A stretch of 63,731 bases of DNA, filler included, from Kipferlia bialata (GCA_003568945.1; 7 parts of 6 records of this genome joined end to end with filler, not necessarily neighbours in it), one strand, 5' to 3'; shown: positions 1 to 12,161, counted from the whole stretch's first letter. Notes: generated by a model not told the origin, from the letters alone. Translations and numbers: made by a program.

Positions 1-48
<48 letters not shown>
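1..48. repeat. (AG)n microsatellite, representative of many (GA)n, (TA)n, (CA)n and poly-G/C tracts in the window
   Basis: Perfect AG dinucleotide run at the window start. Confidence 0.95.
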
Positions 49-51
<3 letters not shown>

Positions 52-102
52 CTGGTGCCAATGGGCTAAGATGAGAGAAGGAAGTAGGAGAAACAGACAC
101 TA

Positions 103-2176
103 CCAGCACAAATCCACTGGTGCTAAGGGGATAGTGTGTGAGAGAGAAAACTGGTATACTGATAACTGTCTATATATGTATGTAGGTATATGTATATATA
201 CTAATACATACAGCACATGCGATACCTCTATTGAGAATGAGCTACCACCCTCCCATGCGGGATCAGCGTCAATACAGAGATGGTTTGAAAAGGACTCTAT
301 ATCTCGAATATAAGGGCAAATATACAAATGCAATAATTGCAAGTGTGTAAATACATAAATATGCATATTCATACCTGCAGTCTAAACTCCCCCTTCCCCT
401 GTAACTTGGGTCTGTCAATGGGATGGACCGAGCATTGGTCGCGTGAGACAGTTGGGTCACCCTCACAGGCTATGTAAGAGTATGGGGCTAGAGAGAGAGA
501 GAGAAACAGAGAGAGAGAGAGCATTGGTCGGGAGAGTTAGTTGGGTCACCCTCATCGGAGATACATGGGAGAGAGAGAGAGAGAGAGATCTATAGAGAGA
601 GAGATAGCGTATGGTCCAAATAGATAGTGGTGCTGGGCGGCACTCCGAGGCTTGTTGACATTTCCATCTGAAAGAGAATAGGGAGACAGATATATATATA
701 TATGAATATATACATATGTATGTATAAATATATACCCGTGCTCTCGGGAAGGGATAGCACGAAGAGTCTATAACCCGTCGTATCAGAGCAGAGGACCTAG
801 TGGTGAGGGTGCAAACAAAGAACTGCACGAGTATATACTTCACTATTTACTACTGCATGTGTATGTATGGATATATGCGCAGGGCTTGAGCAATCTATTC
901 AGAGTAAGGCAGTAGTAGGTTATTATGGATATATGTATATATATATGTCTGCAAATTTGTATACATACCTCTGTGGGTGACAAGTACAGTATGTTGTGTG
1001 CCCACTCCATCTGAATGTCTGTCTCGGAGGGGAGGGGGAACCTCTGTACTCTAAAGGGGAGGCATGCCTATACATAAGACCGTACGTGTGTGAAAGAGAA
1101 AGGGAACAGGAAAGGATGGGAGGGGACCATTGTACCCTAGAAGAGACATAAGTGTATGTGAGAGAGAGACATACTATACCAGACTGTTGCAGGAGGCAGA
1201 GTGCCCTAGCTGATCACTATCAGACGGGAGAAGGCGCCACCCCTTGTCTGTAGTAAGACAGTGCATAGATACCACCAATATGTAAATAGGCTTGTAGCTG
1301 TAGTGCACCCTCCCTCCATTGAATGACACTGAATAATAGAACTAAGAGAGAGAGAGAGAGAGAGAAAGACACTTGCACTGCACCACTGCAGTCAGACCCA
1401 GTGTAGATAAGCAAACGCAGGTACATACATATAGTATAAGTATAGTAAGTTTACCACATACCCTCTGACACCTGTACTGCACATTCACAGTCATACTCAT
1501 GCAGACTAGTACTGCACCGCAAGGAGGAGGAGGCAGCTAAGGGTAAGAGAGAGAGAGAGACTAGCAAAGAGAGAGAGAGAGAGAGAGAGCAGCCATGTAC
1601 TACACCGCAAGGAGGAGGAGGCAGCTGATAGTTTAGAAGAGAGAGGTAGATAGAGAGACCACAGAGGGAGAGAGAGAGCAGACATGTGCTGCACTGCAGG
1701 GAGGAGGAGGCAGTTAAGGATAAGAGAGAGAGAGAGGAACAGAGTAGAGACAAATAGAGAGTGCAGGGGGGGGGGGGGGGGAGGTACTGACACGTCTAGG
1801 AGAAGGACAAAGCTGAGGCTAAGGGGAACAGACAACCAGAGAGACAGAGAATAAACGGAAAGGACATAGAGTGAAAAGAGAGAGAGTGAAAACAATGGTG
1901 ACAAATTGAAACGAGTAAGACAATAGAAGCAATGATTTATGTGACGGGGGAGGAGGAGGGGGGGGGGGACGGTGCATAGACACCCATGAGGATGTTTATA
2001 GGAAGGGCATCAATGAGAGGTATAGTCCACATATCCCAGTATTGTAAGTGTCTGATATGCCATTGACCACCTTCATACATCCACTGCCTGCCTGACCCCT
2101 CTTCCACAGCAGAGACTAGTGAACTAATAGTGTCATAATGCCCTTCCCATAGTGGCGCTGGGATGCGTGTGGTCAT
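103..2176 (-). CDS. Multi-exon hypothetical protein, 3' end runs off the contig; exon structure only partly resolved
   Basis: ATG at 2176 opens a protein-like ORF (MTTRIPAPLWEGHYDTISSLVSAVEEGSGRQWMYEGGQWHIRHLQYWDMWTIPLIDALPINILM), head-to-head with the SprT gene. Downstream AG/GT-bounded segments join in frame: MEWAHNILYLSPTE (969-1010), VLCSDTTGYRLFVLSLPEST (737-797), CEGDPTVSRDQCSVHPIDRPKLQGKGEFRLQ (375-469). The link between the 2176 ORF and these exons is not established. Confidence 0.45.
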
Positions 2177-2494
2177 GGCTATGGGTCTGAATGAAAAAGT
2201 AATACGCTGTGAAGGCTAATTATTCATAGCAAACCCTTCTTTTTGCTTAGCATGATTGAGAACATCTACTGGTCGTAATAGTGGTCATTACGCCGAGAAT
2301 TGGACCTGTCCAGTTTCTGCGGGTGTATGTGAGAGATTCTCTCGTATTTACACTAGCGATGGTGCGTATTAGGACTCATTAGTGTTACTAATCAAGAATA
2401 TCCGGTTTTTGGAATCGGAAACTCTTAGGTTAGAGCACTTAGAGTCCTCTTTCTATTGCGCCAGAACACTAGCAGGTGTCCATAGGTAATTCCC

Positions 2495-5400
2495 ATGCCC
2501 GGCAAAGAGGGGCAGGGGCAAAGGGATAGAGGTAGAGAGGGAAGGAGAGGGAGAGTGAAGGAAGAGCATGAGCGTGTGAAGCTGGAGGGCGGAGGGGTGA
2601 AGCAAGAAGGAGGGAGAGCAAGACAGAGGGAGAGAGACACTCATAACAGTGGGGGCAGGAGAGAGAGGGAGAGACAGACAGGGTGCAGTGCTGGCGCCTC
2701 CAGTAGCAGTGGAGATGGGGAGAGAGGGTGTAGCAGTGAGTGCGGTATCGACAACCCTCTCTCTCCCTTCGTAGACCTGCAGGAGCTGTTCCAGTTCTGC
2801 AACGAACAGTACTTCAGGGGCATGCTGAGTGCGGTCAAGGTGGAGTGGAGCAGCAAGAGGTATCATATATATATATATATATAGTATATTGTAGTTCTAC
2901 TCCTAATCATAAGAGTAAGATATGTGACAGTGTCTATACTGGTGAGGTCAAGGTGGAGTGGAGCAGCAAGAGGCATATGATGATACATTCACTATATACC
3001 ATAGATTCATTCACTCTGTATACACAAAGTCTCCAGACCAATCAATATCACTACCAGACCTCTAACTCTCTAGGTGCACTGCTAGTGCCGGGTTGTGCAT
3101 ATGTGATCCACCCATCACACCTGGGGGCCCAGGTACTGTCTCTCTCTTTCTCTCCCTCTCTCCTTTCTCTCCCTCTTCTCTCTCCTGTACATTAGCACTG
3201 ACGCTGAGTGCCACCTCTACTACACAATCACCACCACCATTTATACAGTCCTAGCAACTTGCCAGTCGTCATCATACCTAACAACAGATAGTACTATTCA
3301 CTACATACTACTAGTGTCCACTGACTCCCCTCCTTCACCGTACTTCCCAACTCTCCTCCTGACCCTATAGTCAACATCACCATCCGTATCTCTGAGCCAC
3401 TCCACAAGTACAGGCCCCAGTCAGACCTCATAGAGACACTCCTGCATGAGGTAGAGTGTACCCACCCTACCTCTCCTATTCTCCAAACTTCCTCCCCCAG
3501 ATGATCCATGCCTATCTATTCTCTCTCTCTCTCTCTCTCTCTCACACCGTACGTCTGTTCACCCCAGATGATCCATGCCTACCTGTTCACCCGCTCTCTG
3601 TCTACACCCTTATCTCTCTCTCTCCCCCTACACCCTTATCTCCAGATGATCCATGCCTACCTGTTCGTCCAGGGTGACTACAGGCACAGTCACGGGCCAA
3701 GGTATGTGTGTATCAGTAGTATAGATACTGATACTGATACTGATACTGTGTATCTATACACCCTATACAATGTACCCTTTTACACACTGACATCGACATG
3801 TTCAAGATATAGTATTCTGCATCAGATATACTGGTATCGACTCCCAGACATAGAAACATTCATTCTCTCTACTGTGTCACTCATCTCTCTCTCCCCATAT
3901 GTATACGTATATGTACATATATACATGAAAATTTATATATGTATGTGTTTACCCAAGGTTATACGCCGAGATGGACAGGGTCACTCATATCTCTCTCCCC
4001 CCATGTGTACACATATATATATGTGTGTGTATAAGTGTTTACCCAAGGTTCTATGCCGAGATGGACCGTGTCAACAGAGAGAGTGGAGGGGCCATGCCCA
4101 GCGGCACACATCACCACGACTTCGAGGAGTAAGTGCATATATGCAACATCACTTCTACCACACACGCACATTCTCACGGTCGTCGCTCTGTATATTCCAG
4201 TGTACACACTCACCCCGTCTACTCAGTAAACGGAGTGATATCTAGTATATATAGTAAATTACTCACTATGTAGGGAGGTCAATCACTACCAGAGCCACAT
4301 CTTCATGTGCCCAGGGTGCAGACACCAGTATGCACGTGCCATGAACAGGTAATGGTGCAGTGATACTATGATAGTATAGGATAGTATATATATATTATAC
4401 TATCCTACTGTATTCTCTCCTATACTGCACGGGCCATGAACAGGTGCTTGTTAATGTGACATACTATCCTACTGTATTCCATCCTATACTGTCACATACT
4501 CGAATAGTGTTCTATCCTATACTGCAATGCCATGAACGGGTACATATACACGTTGTGAAGAACAACCAAGAGAAGTACTACTATTCTATACCCTACAATA
4601 CTATACTGTCCCTGACGCATAGATGGCCCGACATGTGCCCGACCTGTCTGTGTGAGGTGGTCAAGATAGCAGAGCCCGTGCCTTCTAAGGTGCATACAGA
4701 GTCTATATACCTGGTAATTGTTGTATATACACTGAAGTTGATACGTATTGAGGTGGTCAAGACAGCAGAGCCCGTGCCTTCTAAGGTGCATATAGACTCA
4801 TGTACACTATGAGCTCTCTGTGTCAATTATCTAATCTGTGTTGCAGGGAGTTTCATTGTCAATAGAAGCTCATCTCTCACCCCAGGGACAGAAGGTGAAG
4901 GCGTATGCCACTCCCCTTCCCACTAGGGTAGGTGCTGTTATAGTATATAGAATATTCATTATACAGCATAGAGAAATACATACATAGTATTCTCTCCAAA
5001 GTTTGGAGTCCAAACTCAAAGAACTGAATACATATACATGCATATTCACATTCAAATACATAATCATCTGATATCTATCTCCCTGTATACACAGAATATC
5101 TTCTTGACCGCTCTTAACACTAGGAGCAGTCTGTACAGTCTATCTTGGTCACCCTAACACTAGGAGCAGCTGTACAAGACAGGAGTCCAGGTGCAGAGAC
5201 ACCGGCACGAGAACGACACTGCTGCAGCCAAGGCCCCCAAGACACCGAGGTTGACGCCTACTCCCCTACATACCCCCAAGTACGCTGCCAACGTGCCCTT
5301 GGTTCCAACACTGGACACAATTCCGGTTCGTAAGCCAGCTGTCAGTCCTGTCCACGTCTGGAAGGATTTTTTGAGCCCAAGGGTACAGCTTGTCCTTCGG

Positions 5401-7093
5401 CACACACAGAGGGAGAGAGAGAGGGAGAGAGAGGCGTCCCAAGCAAAGAGTGGAGACATGGGTTGGCTTTCACCTGACCCCCCGTCATACCAGTTTCCCC
5501 TAGCCCAGTACCCTCCTGTAGGCAACACAGGACCTTACCCCACGGTAGGTGGTCCCCACCATACTGTGGCTAATCCCTATGCTACCACCAACGTGTACCC
5601 AGGTGGCCTGGCAGGAGGAATACAATCTTATGGCTACCCCTATATGGCTGGGGCAGCAGGTGGGTTGGCCTGGCCAGGAATTGGAGTAGGTACTGGCTTC
5701 CCCCAGGGTACTGTGCCAGGATGCATAGGGGGGATGGGAGGCGTTGGGGAACAAGGTGCAACGGGTCTCCAGGGAACCATCGACGGGCTGCAGAACCTTC
5801 TCACACAGCTACAAGCTGTGCAAGCTGCATCTGGCATAGATACCCAACCACCACAGCCTATAGTGAACCCACCGGATACACCTGCAGCACCTTACGGGTA
5901 TAACAACTATGCAGTCCAGCCAGTGAATGCTATACGGGGAGCTGGTGGGAGGACAGTGGGAGTCGGGGGTATTGGGAGGACGGTGGGTGGAGCGAACAAG
6001 GGACCACGTGAGAGGGAGAGAGAACTAGAGAGAGAGAGAGCCAGACGGAAGCGGATACTGGCGAAGGTTCGTGATGCATCGGCAGTAGCTGCTGGGGAAG
6101 CAGAGAGACGTGCTCCTGTCCATATCCCTGCACCAGTTCCTGTGAGAGACACAACTAGACCAGCAGCCATCCAGCCTAGGGTTAGACCTGGGCCCAATTC
6201 ACATGGGGAAAGGACTAGAGGTGGTGCACCTGGGGGTGGAGACGGTGGCCGGACTGAGCAGAGAGAGAGGGGGCAGAGGCGGCCAAGGGCACGGTCTACT
6301 CCGTCCTGCGGTGAGAGGGAGAGAGAGAGGTATGCTGACATCAAGGTGGAGAAGAAGGAGGAGGTCTTCCCTAGGTACAGACCTGGGCACCCTAGGGGCA
6401 GGGCAGTATGGGGAACAAGGAGTGTCCCCATAGAGGAAGACGCTCCAGTGTTGGATTTCACGGGTGTGGCCTCACTGAGTATGAATATATATATATACTT
6501 AGTCTTTGTTCCTACACCAGTTGCAATATACTGCTTAAGATGTCAGGGTTCTAGTGTGCTAACATCAGGATCAAGCCAACAGGCAGTCAAGCAGGAGGTG
6601 AAGGCTGAGCCCATTGATGTGTTGACTGAGGTCCTAGACTTCTCAGGTACTTCTAGATACATAGTATAGTACTACAATGGAATTTCTTGAATCACAGTTT
6701 TGGCCTAGTATTCTCCTTGAGTATTATACTAGGGAGACACTTAAAGTGTAATCACTAATACGACCTACAGCTATACGACAAAAGCAATCTCCTTGTGTAG
6801 TATAGTACTGATTGCCAGAGTCTGTGACCCTCCCCACCCCCTTTGCCTCCCCGTATGCAAAACGCAATGCATGTGGGAAGAGTGGCACACGTAGCAAGAA
6901 GGCAAAGAGAGCCAGGGATCCTCAACGACCTGCTTCCACTGGCAGACAGACAGAGAGGAGAAGGGAGAGAGAGAGAGATATATCAGGCTCATTGAGGAGG
7001 AACAGACAGATGCAGACTCCTGTCAAGAGAGAGACCGACCCGAGACCTGAAGACAGAGAGAGAGAGAGAGAGCCTAAGAAGGACAGAGGTTGA
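2495..7093 (+). CDS. SPRTN: SprT-domain zinc metalloprotease (Spartan/DVC1-like DNA-protein crosslink protease), 11 exons, ~825 aa
   Basis: Hand-spliced exons 2495-2859, 3074-3132, 3371-3450, 3646-3701, 4048-4128, 4274-4348, 4623-4689, 4886-4927, 5164-6463, 6569-6646, 6819-7093 are all GT-AG and phase-consistent. They give DLQELFQFCNEQYFRGMLSAVKVEWSSKRCTASAGLC...IRISEPLHKYRPQSDLIETLLHEMIHAYLF...HSHGPRFYAEMDRVN...HHDFEEEVNHYQSHIFMCPGCRHQYARAMNRWPDMCPTC. This contains the SprT HExxH motif, the HG motif and a Zn-binding subdomain, followed by a long low-complexity tail. Confidence 0.9.
3491..3701 (+). repeat. Triple tandem copy of 3' splice site + exon start (CAG|ATGATCCATGCCTAYCTRTTC); only the third copy is a full exon
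   Basis: Copies start at 3501, 3568 and 3646. The first two end after about 21 nt in intronic CT-rich sequence. Confidence 0.95.
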
Positions 7094-8211
7094 GGCTCTA
7101 CTCCTTGGGCCGGCAGCTACCATATGAAGACCATGACCATTTGCAGTCCGGTACCGCTGTGCATATATATAGATCGTCTCTAATGGCTGTTATTTGGATT
7201 GTGTGGTCTATGAGCTTGACTGAATCATTTCTCCATTACACGACATGGATTGTAGAGTGAATATGGGTGACACGGTGACACCGTCACGGTGTCAATCTCT
7301 AGCACAATATGGGCCGTGACAGTGAGGTGACCTCACTGAGGTCCTATCATAGAACCTGAGGCAAATTCACTTTGATTCCACAACAGCCACTATATACCAG
7401 GGAGTCTCTATGCATATCGAGGGATAGTGTCGTGGTCGATATTTCTTAGTTGTTCATCTTCAGTACAGTATCATATAGAGTATCAGTGCGTGCTCGATTT
7501 GGTGTTTGGCCACTGTCCACTCTCTTTGCACTGAAGGAAACTCCACAAACCATGGCCTGAGGGTGGAATGGGATGAACACAGTAATGAACAGTATATTTG
7601 CACATATGTATGTATGTATTCCCAGGAAAAGGTTCTCTCAGAGAATGGGGTACGTTGTGTAGGGCTGGTATTCGAGGTGTGAGATAGTAAGACGAAGCCT
7701 GTCCCGACCAGTATCCAGTAAGAGAATAGCAATTGAATGCACATATCCAAGCCGTCTTGGCCGAATGCAACCAGAGGTAGCTTGAGTAACACAACAGAGA
7801 CATAGTATATGAGAAGTACGACGTACGGCACACTAGGCGGCTCCCCCTACATGGGGCTACATCGTAGACATCCCACAAAAACCAGTACCTGTGTGTGACT
7901 GCAGTACCTACGTCTGTCGATACTTAAACACACCCTTGACACCCGTTGTATCTCTCCATCTGTCTGGGTGCTCTTATATACACATACATAGTGAAGAGAG
8001 AGGCAGGAGTGTTCTTCCAATTGTCATGTTGGGAGAGTAGCCCGTTTGGGCCGCAGTTACACGACACATATATATATCTGTGTGTACACTTATGTATAGG
8101 AACAGGGGACGTGCTCATTGAATGAGTCAATGTCTCCATATTCATATTAATCACTCGAATCCTTCCATATCAAAAGTCTCCTAATCTATTTCACGCCTGG
8201 AAGACCACCAG

Positions 8212-8715
8212 ATGAGTGGGTGTGTCACAGCACTGACGAGCTCCCTGGCTATGTGTACTACAAGACCAACAGGGAGGCCTACTGGTGCCAGACCACAGGC
8301 CCATGGGTCATGCACCCATCAATCTCGGCACTGCGCAAGGCACTGCAGGTTGATGTGGGTGAGGGCAAGGAGTCGGACTACGTCTTCGGCCGCGGGTCCC
8401 AGGCCGTGACCGCCGAGTGTACGGTGTACGGTGTACGGTGCCCATGCCCTCGAGAAAGGTAACAAGCCGTCAAGGAGCGCACTGGCTGTACGCCGGCAAC
8501 GGCTCTGTTGGAGCGGGTCCAGACCGGCCCACATGAGACAACACTCTGCTTTGGGGTTGCTTCCCACTACCTACACTACCAGCCCCCTATTTGGTCCGAT
8601 CCAGAAGGTCCGAGGCCCCATCGGCAGAAAGCCCATCCCACAGCTCCTGCTCTTCAAGTCGAAGAAGGAGACCGTCCCCATTGAGCGACTCCTCATTGCC
8701 ATCGCTGACCTGTAG
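8212..8715 (+). other. Coding-like segment in two overlapping frames (frameshifted gene fragment or two exons of an unresolved gene)
   Basis: ORFs 8220-8462 and 8431-8715 have C/G-ending codon usage and no microsatellite filler. They switch frame at a (GTGTACG)x3 repeat at 8417-8437. No upstream ATG exon was found. Confidence 0.35.
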
Positions 8716-9437
8716 GTTAGAGGACAGTAGAAGGAGAAGCTAGGCGAAGTGGATACATACAGATGTAGTCTATGTATGCTACATATACTACACACACATG
8801 TACCTTAGCCTCTACATATGCATATGGTATACTATAGAGCACGGTACATAGCAGAGCACATTGGCTAACACGGTACAGGGTAGCTCATATAACATACCTA
8901 TGAGACCATTGTTTGTTTGTTTTGGATGACTGGCGGGCAGGTACGACTAGGAACTCGCTACGTATCCATGTAGATTACCGTTCCCAATGGTACCTACCCC
9001 CAGCGAAGAGAGAGAGGGGGTTGGTGCCCCTGATAACTGAGCTCTACAGTCTGTTACAGTGACACCATCTATATACACTTTGTAGTTACAGTGTAAGGCT
9101 ATCTATATAGTATGTATAGTGTGAAACAATGACACTCTCTATACAGCACTGTATATAGCAGTTGCAGTGTTACACACTTTACAGTGGTGAACGTATGTGT
9201 CTTCAGTCTTGTCACGAGTTAGGATAATTACCCTCTGGCCCGTTTGTCACTACGAGAGCAATTGCCATGATGGATACTCGTTGTAACAGAAACAATAGAT
9301 CTTAAGACACACTGGTGAAAAGTAAGACGTCCAAACATCGAATACTCATCCCTAATTATAGATTCTATTGATAAACCTATACTAATACTACCGGAACACA
9401 CTCAAACACTACCCAGGAGGGTGTGATAGCAATACAC

Positions 9438-11871
9438 CTACAGCATAGCAACATCGCCCTTAGCCTCTGGCGACTCCTTCTGCTCTACATCCTTCTCCCT
9501 CTCTCCCTCTACCCCCTTCTCACCCTTCTCTCCCTCCACTGTCTTGGTGTGTACAGAGGCCACGGAGTCCTTCTCTCCCTCTCTCTCTCCCTCCCCCTCT
9601 GTCTCCTTCTCCTCTGGCACGGTGGCCTCTCTCTCTCTCTCTCTCTCCCCCTCCCCATCTGACTCCTTGGCGACATCCTTGGCTATGTCCTTAGGGCCAT
9701 CCTTAGGGGCCTTGGAGGAACTGCTCTCGGGGTCCTGGGGGTGAGGGAGATGGTATAGGGATACCTAAAAGTAGTATACGACACTAAGAAGTCTAACTAA
9801 AGGGCGATAAATGGGTGTAAGAGAGGATGTATGTGAGAGAGAACAGAAACACTCGCTGGAGCCTCAGGGGTCATATTCAGTGATAAAGAGATGTATAGAG
9901 AGCAAGATAGCGGGACCGGGTGGGAGAGAAGACACATATCATCACATAGTATCATACCGACAGGGAGCACGGCAACTATTGAGACAATAAGGGGTGTAGA
10001 GAGAGAGAGAGGAGCAATGGTACCAGTACCTGTATCATGCCGAATGGCATTGGAGGGGGTGGGTACCCACGGCCAAAGACACGGGTGATCTCCTTGAGGG
10101 TGATCTCGGCTGGGGTTAGACTCATATAGATAGAGAAAGAGAGACTGAGGGCGAAGTATATATACATACTCATACATGGAAGGAACTCACATGCTGAGAG
10201 GGAGAGAGAAGCATACAGTGACTGAATGCAAGGCAAAATATAGATTAATATGCAGAGAGAGAGAGAGAGAGAGTACTCACATGCTGAGAGGTAGTTGTTG
10301 GAGTTCTCCTTGCTGTCTGTGCTCTCAGACTCCTCTCTGTCACCCTCTCTCTCCCTCTCCCGAGACTGTCTCTCCCTGTCGGCACGGCTGGAGGGTAAGG
10401 ACATAATATCACAGTACATATCGTTACACATATACATAGGACAGGGTCAGATAGAGAGAATATAATACATACCATATATATTACGACTTAGATTGATATA
10501 AATGCTACTCATTGATATTTGGTCAATGGATACATATTCATACACCGTACCTGAGCCTGCCTCTGGCCCACAGGGGTGAGTCGGAGGACGAGGAGCCTGG
10601 CGTGAGAGAGATATGGTATATTAAAATGTGGTAATATGTACAATATGTACATAAAGTATATGCATTCAATATATACATGGTGAGTCGGAGGACGAGGAGC
10701 CTGGGGTAATGGAAGGTATAGGTAGTTATGCTACCAGAGGGATACGGAGAGAGGCGCTACCTTCTGTGACTGGCGATCTGTTCTTGCCCTTGTTCTTCCT
10801 GTCTCTCTTGGAGAGGGACCTCCTAGAGACACGGGGGGTCTGGGGTGAGTGGCAACATGAATACCCGTTGATCGAGAGAGATAGAGAGAGAGTAGCAATA
10901 TACGAGGTGGCTGAATGACTGAGTTGCAGAATAGAGATATGAATGAATAACTATAGGACCCACCTGTCTAACGTTCTTCTGCGGACTACCCATGTCGTGA
11001 TCATCACCAGTGTTCCTGAGGGTGAGTAATGACAATATTTATAGAATACTATACGGACTGTGATATGTCTATCTATATATACATATACAGTCACCACAGA
11101 TCTTGGACGAGTATGCATAGCTGAGTGTTATTTTCCTTAAGTATACATATACCAATGTGCAGAGGAATCCCATCACCGAAGTTTAAAGTATCTTTAGAAA
11201 GAGACGTAATAATTACTTTCAATACTACTGTGTAAATGTATTAGTATACATACCTCCTGCTTCTGATCATGCGCTCTGCCTCCTTCTCCTGTCTCTTCTC
11301 ATCCCTAGGGGGTCAGAAGGAGAGAGAGAGAGGGAGCACACCACAACCAAATATATACATAAAAATGCTCATAATATAATGAACACAATTATGATATGTG
11401 TGTGTGACTGACTCACTGTACCTCAGGAGAACCTATAAGAAGGGCATTCATATATATATATATATACAATTAGCACACACTTGAGAGCCTGCAGGAAGGG
11501 TGACTGCAGTGGCTGGCCAGACACAGACTGGGCCAATGGGTGGGAGCCATCCATAAGGGCCTGGGTATTAGGTATATGCATATATATAAAGAGAGAGAGA
11601 GAGAGAGAGAGAGACTGGGCCAGGGGGTGGGACCCATCCATAAGAGCCTGGGGGTGGGGGGATACATACAATTATTTATACACATATTAGAAATGGTTTG
11701 TGGGTGACACATACTGAAGGGGGAGAGAGAGAGAGAGTAGAGTGGACAGAGAGACTGTACCTTGGCAATCTGTCTTGCATCCTCCCCTCCCTCCACTATC
11801 CCTTGGTACTCCACCCTCTGCACAGGGGTCAGGATGTACTCCTCGGGGATGAACTGGTCTGGAATAAGGGG
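9438..11871 (-). CDS. 3' portion of a multi-exon hypothetical protein (charged, low complexity), 5' truncated by contig end
   Basis: Nine phase-consistent GT-AG exons: PLIPDQFIPEEYILTPVQRVEYQGIVEGGEDARQIAK / ALMDGSHPLAQSVSGQPLQSPFLQALK / DEKRQEKEAERMIRSR / ... / EITLKEITRVFGRGYPPPPMPFGMIQ / DPESSSSKAPKDG...AKGDVAML, with TAG at 9438-9440. Confidence 0.72.
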
Positions 11872-11881
11872 CTAGAGAGAG

Positions 11882-11981
11882 NNNNNNNNNNNNNNNNNNN
11901 NNNNNNNNNNNNNNNNNNNNNNNNNTTAATTAATTAANNNNNNNNNNNNNNNNNNNNNNNNNNNNNNNNNNNNNNNNNNNN
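11882..11981. other. Synthetic contig linker (44 N + TTAATTAATTAA + 44 N)
   Basis: An identical 100-nt spacer with a six-frame stop cassette recurs six times. Sequence on either side is not physically adjacent. Confidence 0.97.
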
Positions 11982-12029
11982 AATCGACTGCAGATCGATA
12001 GGTCACGAGTTCAACTCTCGTTGGTTCCT
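11982..12029 (+). tRNA. tRNA-Cys (anticodon GCA), 5' part cut off by contig start
   Basis: Anticodon arm ATCGA-CT-GCA-GA-TCGAT (GCA at 11990-11992), variable loop AGGTC, T arm ACGAG-TTCAACT-CTCGT, 3' acceptor strand TGGTTCC, and discriminator T (U73 is the Cys identity element). Confidence 0.9.
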
Positions 12030-12030
12030 C

Positions 12031-12035
12031 TTTTT
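12031..12035 (+). terminator. Probable RNA polymerase III oligo(T) terminator of the tRNA-Cys
   Basis: TTTTT lies 2 nt after the discriminator base. Confidence 0.6.
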
Positions 12036-12161
12036 CTCGCATTCCTACTTTTTGCCCTCGTGTCAGATTAATGTGAATGTTCAATCAAAGAATCAATTTC
12101 AGAATCAATTACTTATTAATCAGTTCCGTATCAGGCGATCCTCGTCACAGCTTGCCTCTAG

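Noticed and set aside
8989..9028. Hairpin GGTACC-T-ACCCCC / GGGGGT-T-GGTGCC
   Set aside because: Built largely from C/G runs common in this genome, with no supporting RNA motifs.
11926..11937. Recurrent TTAATTAATTAA palindrome inside N runs
   Set aside because: An artificial six-frame stop linker. Gene neighbourhoods across linkers are meaningless, and ORFs containing X runs are artefacts.
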